Source: a virus
Virus record (IMG/VR): IMGVR_UViG_3300045988_133854
Location: 1 to 33,614 of that record
Direction: 5' to 3' (one strand)
DNA length: 33,614 bases
The notes below the pieces were generated by a model. That model saw only the letters and a list, made by a program, of their open reading frames with translations, did not search any database and was not told where the DNA came from. Of the stretch, positions 24,234 to 31,007 are shown piece by piece (position 1 is the stretch's first letter; the number at the start of each line of letters is the position of its first letter). Position numbers and translations under genes: made by a program.

Positions 24234-24659
24234 ATGCCAAGAAGCGAAGAAGAAGAGGGTGACGGCTTTAACGCAACAATCACCGAGATGCTGAACACTT
24301 TTATAGCCCAGTGGGGTGACACTACAAGGAGGCTGCAGGAGAGCAGCGAGGACAGGCTCGACAGGGTCAACAAGATGGCCGAGGCGCTGTGCGACGCCGT
24401 GGAGCGCACTTCCCAGACGGCCAGCGCTCACGGCGACATCTGCCGGCTCACACTGGTCGCCGCCGAGGAGAGGATAGCCTCCCTGAGGGCGGACAGGGAC
24501 AGGTGCCGGAGGCTCCTCGAGGACAGTCAGCGGGAGGTGATCCGCCTGACCGACCTGACGGAGGCGATGCAGCGCCTTTTCGAGGAGGTCGTCCGCGAGC
24601 TCGCCCGGCAGGGAGGGAACACGACGACAATAGGCAACTTGTCAGGGACAACAATCTAA
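24234..24659 (+). CDS. Coiled-coil protein co-oriented with the repressor (141 aa)
   Basis: ATG ORF 35 nt after the repressor stop. Charged helical sequence. Its C-terminal 'GNTTTIGNLSGTTI' echoes the repressor linker. Confidence 0.6.
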   Translation: MPRSEEEEGDGFNATITEMLNTFIAQWGDTTRRLQESSEDRLDRVNKMAEALCDAVERTSQTASAHGDICRLTLVAAEERIASLRADRDRCRRLLEDSQREVIRLTDLTEAMQRLFEEVVRELARQGGNTTTIGNLSGTTI

Positions 24660-24672
24660 AAAACGTAAAGAT

Positions 24673-24933
24673 ATGGGAGATCTTTTAGCAATTCTCTTTG
24701 CTATTATTACAGCCGTAGCATTTGCGGCTGGTCTTTATTATTTAATCTTCGGAAAACTCATCAGTGGGCTGATGGGTTTCAGCAGCGTTGCCCGAGAATG
24801 GAAGAGCGAGGACAAGCAGAAGGTGAACCTGATGAGGTCGCTCGGCTTTGTCGCCGGAGGGCTTGTGAACCTGCTCATCTTCCTTACAATAGCGCTGGTC
24901 ATCGGCGTCATCGTCGCAATAATCCCGAAATAA
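24673..24933 (+). CDS. Small integral membrane protein (86 aa, 3 TM segments), lysogeny-block gene
   Basis: 'LLAILFAIITAVAFAAGLYYLIF', 'LISGLMGF' and 'FVAGGLVNLLIFLTIALVIGVIVAII'. Confidence 0.6.
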   Translation: MGDLLAILFAIITAVAFAAGLYYLIFGKLISGLMGFSSVAREWKSEDKQKVNLMRSLGFVAGGLVNLLIFLTIALVIGVIVAIIPK

Positions 24934-24952
24934 CATGATATGACCGGTCGAT

Positions 24953-24984
24953 AATTCGGGACTGAAATTCGGGACTAAACAAAA
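24953..24984 (+). repeat. Left arm-type repeat pair AATTCGGGACT(x2)+AAACAAAA
   Basis: AATTCGGGACT at 24953-63 and 24966-76. The same pair plus tail recurs at 25205-25234. Confidence 0.85.
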
Positions 24985-25029
24985 TTGAATGCGCAAATAA
25001 TTAAAAACCAATAATTTATAAGTCCGATT

Positions 25030-25078
25030 TTCGGCTTCCCAAGCCGAAGGTCACGAGTTCGAGCCTCGCATTCCGCTC
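25030..25078 (+). tRNA. Partial tRNA-Gly(CCC)-like segment (anticodon arm to 3' acceptor strand); probable attP core
   Basis: Anticodon stem TCGGC/GCCGA with loop TTCCCAA. T-arm ACGAG-TTCGAGC-CTCGC with one mismatch. 3' acceptor ATTCCGC. No matching 5' acceptor (GCGGAAT) or D-arm lies upstream. Confidence 0.6.
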
Positions 25079-25085
25079 AATAACC

Positions 25086-25129
25086 AAGGGCGATGATAAT
25101 CAATTATTTAGGTTAAATCATCAGCCCTT
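25086..25129 (+). terminator. Stem-loop downstream of the tRNA fragment (12-bp stem with one bulge) followed by a T-rich tract
   Basis: AAGGGCGATGAT ... ATCATCAGCCCTT, then 'atttctttg'. Confidence 0.45.
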
Positions 25130-25204
25130 ATTTCTTTGCTAAAACTAAAATTTTACCCCAAAAATCGGGCGCAAAGTGTGACATTTTGTGACAAAATAAG
25201 GCCA

Positions 25205-25234
25205 AATTCGGGACTAATTCGGGACTAAACAAAA
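25205..25234 (+). repeat. Right arm-type repeat pair AATTCGGGACT(x2)+AAACAAAA
   Basis: AATTCGGGACT at 25205-15 and 25216-26, ending 8 nt before the integrase ATG. Confidence 0.85.
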
Positions 25235-25241
25235 CAACGCT

Positions 25242-26450
25242 ATGGCAAAAGTATCGTATTATCTCAAAAACGTCAAGGCGGGCGACGAAGCGCCGCTCTA
25301 CCTGAAAATATCACACGACTACAAAAGCGCCCTCCTCCTCGTGGGCAAGATCAGGCCGGAGGACTGGGACGCGGAGCACCAGACCTACACGGGCCGCAAC
25401 TTCGGGCTCAGGACACACATCAAGAGCCTCGCCACGCAGGCGGTGGACATCATCACGGATCTGCGCTACTCCGGGGAACTCGCCACGATGACCGCCGGGG
25501 ACATCGTCGGGCGGATCAGGCAGGAGGCTTTCGGGGAAAAACCCAAGAAGAAGGGCGGGGATTTCCTCAACGCCCTCAAGGACTACCGCGACAATTGCTT
25601 CAAGCCGGGCACGCGTGAGGTATATGACCGCACGGTCAAGGCGCTCACAGCCTTTGACGCATCAATTGACGAAAGGTCATTCAACGACATCAACCGCGCC
25701 TATCTGGAGCGGTTTGAACGTCATTGCAGGGATACAATGACAATCAACTCCATCGCCATTCTGCTGCGCAACATCCGCACGGTCTTCAACAAGGCCATAG
25801 ATGATGGCAAAACCGACTTCTACCCTTTCCGCGCCTTTAAGATCAAACAGGAGGAGACAAGGAAGAGGGCACTCACCGCCGAACAGCTTGCGTGGCTCAT
25901 TAATATGGAGCCGTGCTTCGGATATGAGGAAGCAAGGGACATATTCCTGCTTTTGTTCTATCTTATCGGAATCAACATCGCCGACCTTGTCGCGGCAAAA
26001 AAGACCTCTGTAAAAAACGGTTACCTCAACTACAGGCGCGCCAAGACGGGGCGGCTGTATTCCGTGAAAATCGAGCCGGAAGCGGCTGCGATAATAAAGA
26101 AATATGCGGGCGCAACGCATCTTGTCAACGGCCTTGAACGCTATGCCACCGAAAACTCCTACCTGTCAAAAATCAACAAGCGGCTGAAATATTTAGGATG
26201 TCCGCGGGGTAAGCGCGGCAAGATCTTAGGCGAAGGACGTTTCGCGGATTTGTCAACCTACTGGTCACGCCATACCTGGGCGACCATCGCCTACGAGATA
26301 GGCATTCCGGTTGACATAATCGGCCAGGCTCTGGGACATTCAGACAAGTCGCACAGCGTCACATTCATCTACATCAAGGAAGACCAAAGCAAGGTGGACG
26401 AGGCGAACAGGCGGGTGATCGATTACATAAAGAAAATGGCGGGCCAATAG
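25242..26450 (+). CDS. int: Tyrosine-type site-specific integrase (Bacteroidota phage-integrase architecture, 402 aa)
   Basis: N-terminal arm-binding-like region, SAM-like core-binding region, and C-terminal 'WSRHTWATIAYEIGIPVDIIGQALGHSD...TFIYIK' (R, H and the Tyr nucleophile). Lies adjacent to the tRNA fragment. Confidence 0.92.
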   Translation: MAKVSYYLKNVKAGDEAPLYLKISHDYKSALLLVGKIRPEDWDAEHQTYTGRNFGLRTHIKSLATQAVDIITDLRYSGELATMTAGDIVGRIRQEAFGEKPKKKGGDFLNALKDYRDNCFKPGTREVYDRTVKALTAFDASIDERSFNDINRAYLERFERHCRDTMTINSIAILLRNIRTVFNKAIDDGKTDFYPFRAFKIKQEETRKRALTAEQLAWLINMEPCFGYEEARDIFLLLFYLIGINIADLVAAKKTSVKNGYLNYRRAKTGRLYSVKIEPEAAAIIKKYAGATHLVNGLERYATENSYLSKINKRLKYLGCPRGKRGKILGEGRFADLSTYWSRHTWATIAYEIGIPVDIIGQALGHSDKSHSVTFIYIKEDQSKVDEANRRVIDYIKKMAGQ

Positions 26451-26480
26451 CCCGCCATTCCATCCGGATTATCCGGATCG

Positions 26481-26798
26481 CTATTCAAATTTCGCCGCTT
26501 CAATCTCATCGGCGTGCGCTTGCAGTCGTTTGGCAATGTCCCTGAAAGCCTCAGCCAACTGGTGATATTCGTCCTCCTTGAAGGACATTGATTTGTTCAG
26601 CACCCAGCAGCCGTTAAGGCGTTGCGAGAACCAGCTTTGTGACCTGCCGAAATATTGCTTCGCCAGCTGCGACTTGTTAAGAATATCTTCCAATTCACTG
26701 AAAGCAGTGGCTGTCGCATCGGGCTTGTATTCGATGCACTTTTTACGGCGTTCCTCGTATTCAGCGGGATTTAAAATTTTCCTTTTGCCCAAATACAT
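26481..26798 (-). CDS. DUF5053-like protein (105 aa)
   Basis: 'LAKQYFGRSQSWFSQRLNGCWVLNKSMSFKEDEYHQLAEAFRDIAKRL' matches my recollection of the Bacteroidota DUF5053 pattern. Confidence 0.65.
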   Translation of the reverse strand: MYLGKRKILNPAEYEERRKKCIEYKPDATATAFSELEDILNKSQLAKQYFGRSQSWFSQRLNGCWVLNKSMSFKEDEYHQLAEAFRDIAKRLQAHADEIEAAKFE

Positions 26799-26839
26799 AA
26801 TTTGTTGTAAATTTACCCCCGAGAAATCGGGGGCTTTGG

Positions 26840-26965
26840 TTAAACTTCGTCCTTGAGAGCATTAAGGAGGCCCTCAATTCTCCTTATGATCGATTGATTG
26901 GCCGGAGTTTCGATCAGTTCAAGCAGTCTGAAAATCTGACCAATCAATCTCTTTTTATAACTCAT
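26840..26965 (-). CDS. Possible 41-aa ORF (MSYKKRLIGQIFRLLELIETPANQSIIRRIEGLLNALKDEV)
   Basis: Hand translated. AT-rich context. Too short to be confident. Confidence 0.3.
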   Translation of the reverse strand: MSYKKRLIGQIFRLLELIETPANQSIIRRIEGLLNALKDEV

Positions 26966-27051
26966 TTCATTTTCACACCTCCTTTATTTTGTTGATACAA
27001 AGATACATAATAATTTTATTATATGCAAGTATTTTATGATTATTTATTAAT

Positions 27052-27088
27052 AAAAAAAACTACACGTGAACCACACGTGTAGTTTTTA
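27052..27088. terminator. Bidirectional rho-independent terminator
   Basis: A-run, then 10-bp perfect stem ACTACACGTG / CACGTGTAGT (27059-68 / 27074-83) with a 5-nt loop, then a T-run. Lies immediately after the RHH gene stop at 27091. Confidence 0.7.
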
Positions 27089-27090
27089 AC

Positions 27091-27258
27091 TCACATCTTC
27101 GCTACCATTTCGTCCACGCACCGCCCAATCGAAAAGCCCGTCCTTCTGAGCTCGTCGATGCGTCTTCTGGTCTCCGGCTTAATCTTGATCGTGTACGGGA
27201 CTTTCGGGGCGTCGCCCGAAGGCTTGCGCCCCGCCCCTGCCCTTTTACCTCCTCTCAT
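27091..27258 (-). CDS. Ribbon-helix-helix (CopG/Arc-like) DNA-binding protein (55 aa, not in the ORF track)
   Basis: Hand translation gives MRGGKRAGAGRKPSGDAPKVPYTIKIKPETRRRIDELRRTGFSIGRCVDEMVAKM*. It has a beta-strand then two helices. Its ATG overlaps the upstream TGA (ATGA). Confidence 0.55.
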   Translation of the reverse strand: MRGGKRAGAGRKPSGDAPKVPYTIKIKPETRRRIDELRRTGFSIGRCVDEMVAKM

Positions 27259-27485
27259 AGCAACTCACTGTGATTTTCAAAAAGCCAATCTGCCATTAAC
27301 CTCATCACGCGCGCCAACTGCGCCGGGCTTTCAGGCCCGAGCGTCAGGCCGTCAGGCCATGCCGCGCTCTGCGTGTCGTTGAAGCGGCTACCTGTCCATG
27401 TCACCGACACGCCAGTTACACTGTCGATGCAATGCCAGGCGTTGTCTACGCCTGGCACCCGCGATAATAAATATCTCTCACTCAT
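27255..27485 (-). CDS. Small acidic hypothetical protein (76 aa)
   Basis: ATG ORF, middle gene of a three-gene operon. Nine D/E against five K/R. Confidence 0.55.
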   Translation of the reverse strand: MSERYLLSRVPGVDNAWHCIDSVTGVSVTWTGSRFNDTQSAAWPDGLTLGPESPAQLARVMRLMADWLFENHSELL

Positions 27486-27491
27486 AAGGCT

Positions 27492-27692
27492 TTACTCCCA
27501 CCATGCGAAGATGTCGCCGTCGTTAGTTCTATAAGCTTGAACCTCGCCGCTCCAGCACAGGGCTTCGCCGCCGAAGCTGTCATAGTCTATTTCTAGATTG
27601 CTACGGGTGTCCGCTGTTGATAAATAACCAGTCTTGCCGCTTTCTTTAAGTGCCCTCTGGGCATCATCTTGTGTTCTGTAAAGTGTCCTCAT
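27492..27692 (-). CDS. Small acidic hypothetical protein (66 aa)
   Basis: ATG ORF, first gene of the operon. Roughly twice as many D/E as K/R. Confidence 0.55.
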   Translation of the reverse strand: MRTLYRTQDDAQRALKESGKTGYLSTADTRSNLEIDYDSFGGEALCWSGEVQAYRTNDGDIFAWWE

Positions 27693-27717
27693 AACTCTTA
27701 GTGTTTTTTTGTTTATG

Positions 27718-27725
27718 CAAATATA
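27718..27725 (-). promoter_or_regulatory. Bacteroidota-type -7 promoter box TATATTTG (TAnnTTTG)
   Basis: Reverse complement of 'caaatata', 26 nt upstream of the ATG at 27692, in an AT-rich gap. Confidence 0.4.
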
Positions 27726-27879
27726 GTAATAATTTTTGAATTTAGTACACTTTTTTCAAAAAAAAGACAAGAAAAATGCCGACGACATCAGGACGAGGTC
27801 GCCAGCACTCAAAAGCATTGTTTACCAGATCAGCAGTCCGGACAGCCGCCGAACTTCGGTATAGGCCTGTATCCCGGCA

Positions 27880-28206
27880 TCACTGGTGCCGGTCTTGGCT
27901 CCTTTCTGTTCCCCTTTGGGGGCTCCTTTCCGCTATCCTTTTCCATAGCCTGTCATAGATTTCAGCGAGCTTGTAGAAGGCAAGTCCGAGCCAGTCGCAG
28001 AGGTAGGCAAGCGGCAGGGCGGCAAGCGCCGACTGCAAGGCGGGGACACCGCTCAGGATCATAACCACAAGCACCGTCCAGAATACCGAGCACCGCTGGC
28101 ACGCCGCTACCTCCGAGACCACCTCCACAACTTTCCCCACAAGCCCGAGGTGATGGGCAAGGGCGGTGATGACCGCCACCGCCAAAGCCGTGATCATCCA
28201 CCCCAT
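27880..28206 (-). CDS. Integral membrane protein (108 aa, about 3 TM)
   Basis: 'MITALAVAVITALAHHL', 'VFWTVLVVMILSGV' and 'ALAALPLAYLCDWLGLAF', then a basic tail. Confidence 0.6.
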   Translation of the reverse strand: MGWMITALAVAVITALAHHLGLVGKVVEVVSEVAACQRCSVFWTVLVVMILSGVPALQSALAALPLAYLCDWLGLAFYKLAEIYDRLWKRIAERSPQRGTERSQDRHQ

Positions 28207-28210
28207 ATCG

Positions 28211-28639
28211 TCAGGCCACCGTGAGCGTCAGAGGGGTCTCCGACACGAACGTCCTACCGCACGACTGGCATCCGGTCACGGACACGGCGTTGACCGTGTT
28301 CCCGGCCGCCACCGTGACCGATGTCGGAGCCGTGGCGGACGCGAAAGGGATCGTGAACGTCTGCGACACCGTCTCCGTCCTGGAGCAGCATCCGTCCGTG
28401 CCGCAAGGGTTGTAGCAGATGCACCCCTGCACCCTCACCACGGCCACGTACTGGCCCGTACCTACCTGCGAGAACCCCACGAGCGAGAACGCCGGGGCGA
28501 ACACCGGGGTATTCGAGGCGCACACCGGACGGCAGAGCCGCTTCGTGATGTTCGCCATCACATAGTACGGAGAGGCGGCCGACCCGGCCGCGAGCGTGGC
28601 TGTTATCCTCGCCACGTTGCTGTTTTTGCAATTAGACAT
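28211..28639 (-). CDS. Cys-rich beta-rich protein of unknown function (142 aa, 10 Cys)
   Basis: 'CRPVC', 'GCICYNPCGTDGCC' and 'GCQSC'. No family recognised. Confidence 0.6.
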   Translation of the reverse strand: MSNCKNSNVARITATLAAGSAASPYYVMANITKRLCRPVCASNTPVFAPAFSLVGFSQVGTGQYVAVVRVQGCICYNPCGTDGCCSRTETVSQTFTIPFASATAPTSVTVAAGNTVNAVSVTGCQSCGRTFVSETPLTLTVA

Positions 28640-28657
28640 GACTCTCGTTGTTTTGTG

Positions 28658-28882
28658 TTACGCTTCCTGTTCCTGTCCGTCACCACCTTCTTCCGCCGTT
28701 CCGTCCCCGCAAGCGGAAGCGCATTGCTCCGGGAACTCGACAGGCGCTAGGTTGAGCGCGTCAAGTCTGGCAAGAACGACACCGAGGTTCTCCGAGAGGA
28801 CAACCACATTGTCGTTGACTGCCTTGATCGCGTACATCATCTGCTCGAAGATGTTCTTCGGCTGTTGCTGCTGCTCGTTCAT
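28658..28882 (-). CDS. Hypothetical protein (74 aa) with acidic tail
   Basis: The ATG overlaps the upstream stop (ATGA). Ends 'CASACGDGTAEEGGDGQEQEA'. Confidence 0.5.
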   Translation of the reverse strand: MNEQQQQPKNIFEQMMYAIKAVNDNVVVLSENLGVVLARLDALNLAPVEFPEQCASACGDGTAEEGGDGQEQEA

Positions 28883-29070
28883 CGCTTCAGAAAATCAGTG
28901 ACAAGGAAGCCCCCGCCGAACCGCCTCAGCGCGTCCGAGAGTTTTGAGGCCGTGACCAGGACACCCTTGCGGTACTGCCCGTCCACGAATCCGTGGAGAT
29001 CCTTTTCAAGGGATCTCGCCTCGTCTTCGCTCTCCGCGTAGACGTAGAACTGAACCTTCACCGGCTTCAT
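28879..29070 (-). CDS. Hypothetical protein (63 aa)
   Basis: ATG 29070 shares one nt with the upstream TGA (TGATG). Confidence 0.5.
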   Translation of the reverse strand: MKPVKVQFYVYAESEDEARSLEKDLHGFVDGQYRKGVLVTASKLSDALRRFGGGFLVTDFLKR

Positions 29071-29414
29071 CACGCGTCAGGTATCGGAGGTGCCGCGGGG
29101 ATTGAGGACGCGGTCTGGGCCGCGCCTCCTCCCTTCAGCGACCTTATGATCTGATACCCCTTCATTATGTCCTCGCCGTGGTTCTGGATCCACCCGAATA
29201 CCTCGTCGGCTCCGTTCCTGATCCTCTCGAAGGCGGAGGGTTCCACCGGATCGAAGTCCGGCAGCTCCATCCCGTCGGAGATGAACCCGTAGAGTTCCTG
29301 GGCCTCCCTTATGTCATTGCCGCACGCGGCGAGACACGAGAGTTTGAGCGACATCTTTGATGTGGTCCTGAGCTTCGTCATATCGACAGTTCTCTTTCTG
29401 AAAAGGTCCGGCAT
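29070..29414 (-). CDS. Hypothetical protein (114 aa)
   Basis: ATG ORF, second gene of the tightly packed operon. No family recognised. Confidence 0.55.
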   Translation of the reverse strand: MPDLFRKRTVDMTKLRTTSKMSLKLSCLAACGNDIREAQELYGFISDGMELPDFDPVEPSAFERIRNGADEVFGWIQNHGEDIMKGYQIIRSLKGGGAAQTASSIPAAPPIPDA

Positions 29415-29437
29415 AAGGCTTCTCCCGTCAGGTCAGA

Positions 29438-29917
29438 CTATCCGTTGCAGGTGTCGCAGCCGCAAGGCTGAGGCGCGCTGTACCGGGCCACCTTCAGGAA
29501 ACTGTCGGTGCCGATCGCGCTGTTCAGCCCGTTGCTGTTGAGAGCCGCCGCAAGTGCCACGGCATCAGCCACCGCGCTTGACGTTGACTGCGCCTGAGGG
29601 GCTGCCTGAACGTCCACATACTGCCTGACGGTCGGGGCGTTGGTGTTCTGCCAGCTTTCGCGAGAGGCCCTCTCGGCGAGAAGCACGCTGGTCAGGTTGG
29701 CCACGGCCGCGGCGTTCGCGTTGACGCTAGCCTGCGCGCCCTCGGATCTGGCCTTGCTGGCCTGATTGACACCCCAGATTCCGGCGATGGCGAGGAGAAG
29801 CGCTCCGCCGCCGAGGCCGGCCGCGAGGCCGATGCCGGTGGCCGCCATTCCGCGTCCCTGGTGCTTGCATCCCTCTTCCCTTCGGTCGAGGAGATAAGGT
29901 AAAAGATTGTCGTCCAT
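29438..29917 (-). CDS. Single-pass Gly-zipper membrane protein with C-terminal CGCDTC motif (159 aa)
   Basis: ATG at 29917; the track start at 29923 is a TTG. TM 'GIGLAAGLGGGALLLAIAGIWGV'. Ala/Asn/Ser-rich ectodomain. Ends 'PQPCGCDTCNG'. Confidence 0.6.
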   Translation of the reverse strand: MDDNLLPYLLDRREEGCKHQGRGMAATGIGLAAGLGGGALLLAIAGIWGVNQASKARSEGAQASVNANAAAVANLTSVLLAERASRESWQNTNAPTVRQYVDVQAAPQAQSTSSAVADAVALAAALNSNGLNSAIGTDSFLKVARYSAPQPCGCDTCNG

Positions 29918-30047
29918 GATCAAAATGGATTATAGATTTTCCCGCCTCTTGAAGCCTTCGGCGGCATTGGCGCGGTCTTCTGACCGCTTCCGCAAACCTA
30001 CCCTTTTTGCCTCCGTTAATTAAGAAAGCAGTTCCTTTCCCGTTCCC

Positions 30048-30359
30048 TTAATTTTCCCCGTTCGTTCCGTTTCCGTTCCGCCTCGCCTCTACGCGCCTCA
30101 GGCACATCTCCAGCCCCGGCGAGTTGTCCGCCCTCGACCGGAACGAGCCTATCATCTTGCGGACCGCGCGCCCGCTGACGTGCAGCCTCTCGGCTATCAT
30201 CCCCGGATAATAGCCGCTCCTCCTGAGCGTCACCACGAGCAGGTGCCTCGCGTCCACGATCTCCTCACTCTTGGACTTCGACATTATGTCGCGCTCCGAA
30301 ATCCCCGTGACCTCGCACACGTCACGCAGGACGCTGGCGAATATCTCTGACTTTATCAT
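30048..30359 (-). CDS. DnaA-domain-IV-like HTH protein (103 aa), candidate regulator
   Basis: 'SKSKSEEIVDARHLLVVTLRRSGYYPGMIAERLHVSGRAVRKMI' resembles the DnaA C-terminal DNA-binding helix pattern. Confidence 0.55.
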   Translation of the reverse strand: MIKSEIFASVLRDVCEVTGISERDIMSKSKSEEIVDARHLLVVTLRRSGYYPGMIAERLHVSGRAVRKMIGSFRSRADNSPGLEMCLRRVEARRNGNGTNGEN

Positions 30360-30472
30360 ATCTTAAAAGGTTTTAATTTTAACGGTACGTGCAAATACGG
30401 GCGGATGGGCATCCGACCCGATGAAATGGCCGCACAGGCAAAAGAAAATCGGCGGTGCCAATATTTCAAAGA

Positions 30473-30495
30473 GCGTGCGGAGAAAGCACGCACGC
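30473..30495 (-). terminator. Weak terminator-like hairpin after the 170-aa gene
   Basis: Minus strand: GCGTGCG-9 nt-CGCACGC, followed by CUCUUUG. The U-tract is poor. Confidence 0.3.
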
Positions 30496-31007
30496 TAAAG
30501 CCGGAGATAGAGCCCTCCGGTCACGCCAAGTCCGACGTTGACTTTGCCGGAAGGCGCGACGAGCACGGACGGCCCGACAGCCACTCCGAAGCCCCACCTT
30601 TTCGGCTCGATGGAATATCCCTTCGTTACGATCTTGGTCTGCGGATATACTTTGACATACTCCAGCTCCGTCCGGAACCCGCTTACGCCGATGTCGTAGT
30701 TGTCGCCACGGTAGCGGCTGAACACTATCGGCACCTCGACCTCCACCGTGTCGTGGACCACGACAGTGTCCGGAGGCTGTGCCACCGCGAGCCGCACCGT
30801 GTCAACCCTCACCGTCCTGACCTCCGTAACGACAGGCCTGTAATCTACGGCAGTGTCCCTGACGGTCACAGTGTCCACACGCTCCAGAAGAGGGCGCGTG
30901 ACGCTCCGCCTTCCGCCGAGGAAGCCGAGTCCCAGGGCGAGCAGCAGCGCGGCCACGAACAACAAGGTTGTTTTCGGTTGTTTTCGGTTGTTTTCGGTTG
31001 TTGTCAT
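30495..31007 (-). CDS. Signal-anchored beta-rich envelope protein (170 aa); spanin-like or outer-membrane-directed candidate
   Basis: N-terminal TM 'TLLFVAALLLALGLGFLGG'. C-terminal Gly-rich beta strands ending 'GLGVTGGLYLRL'. Lies near the lysis cassette. Confidence 0.6.
   Translation of the reverse strand: MTTTENNRKQPKTTLLFVAALLLALGLGFLGGRRSVTRPLLERVDTVTVRDTAVDYRPVVTEVRTVRVDTVRLAVAQPPDTVVVHDTVEVEVPIVFSRYRGDNYDIGVSGFRTELEYVKVYPQTKIVTKGYSIEPKRWGFGVAVGPSVLVAPSGKVNVGLGVTGGLYLRL
30966..31005 (-). repeat. 10-bp tandem repeat (GGTTGTTTTC x3 plus one variant copy) abutting the start codon
   Basis: Copies at 30966, 30976, 30986 and 30996 (GGTTGTTGTC). The ATG occupies 31005-31007. Confidence 0.95.
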
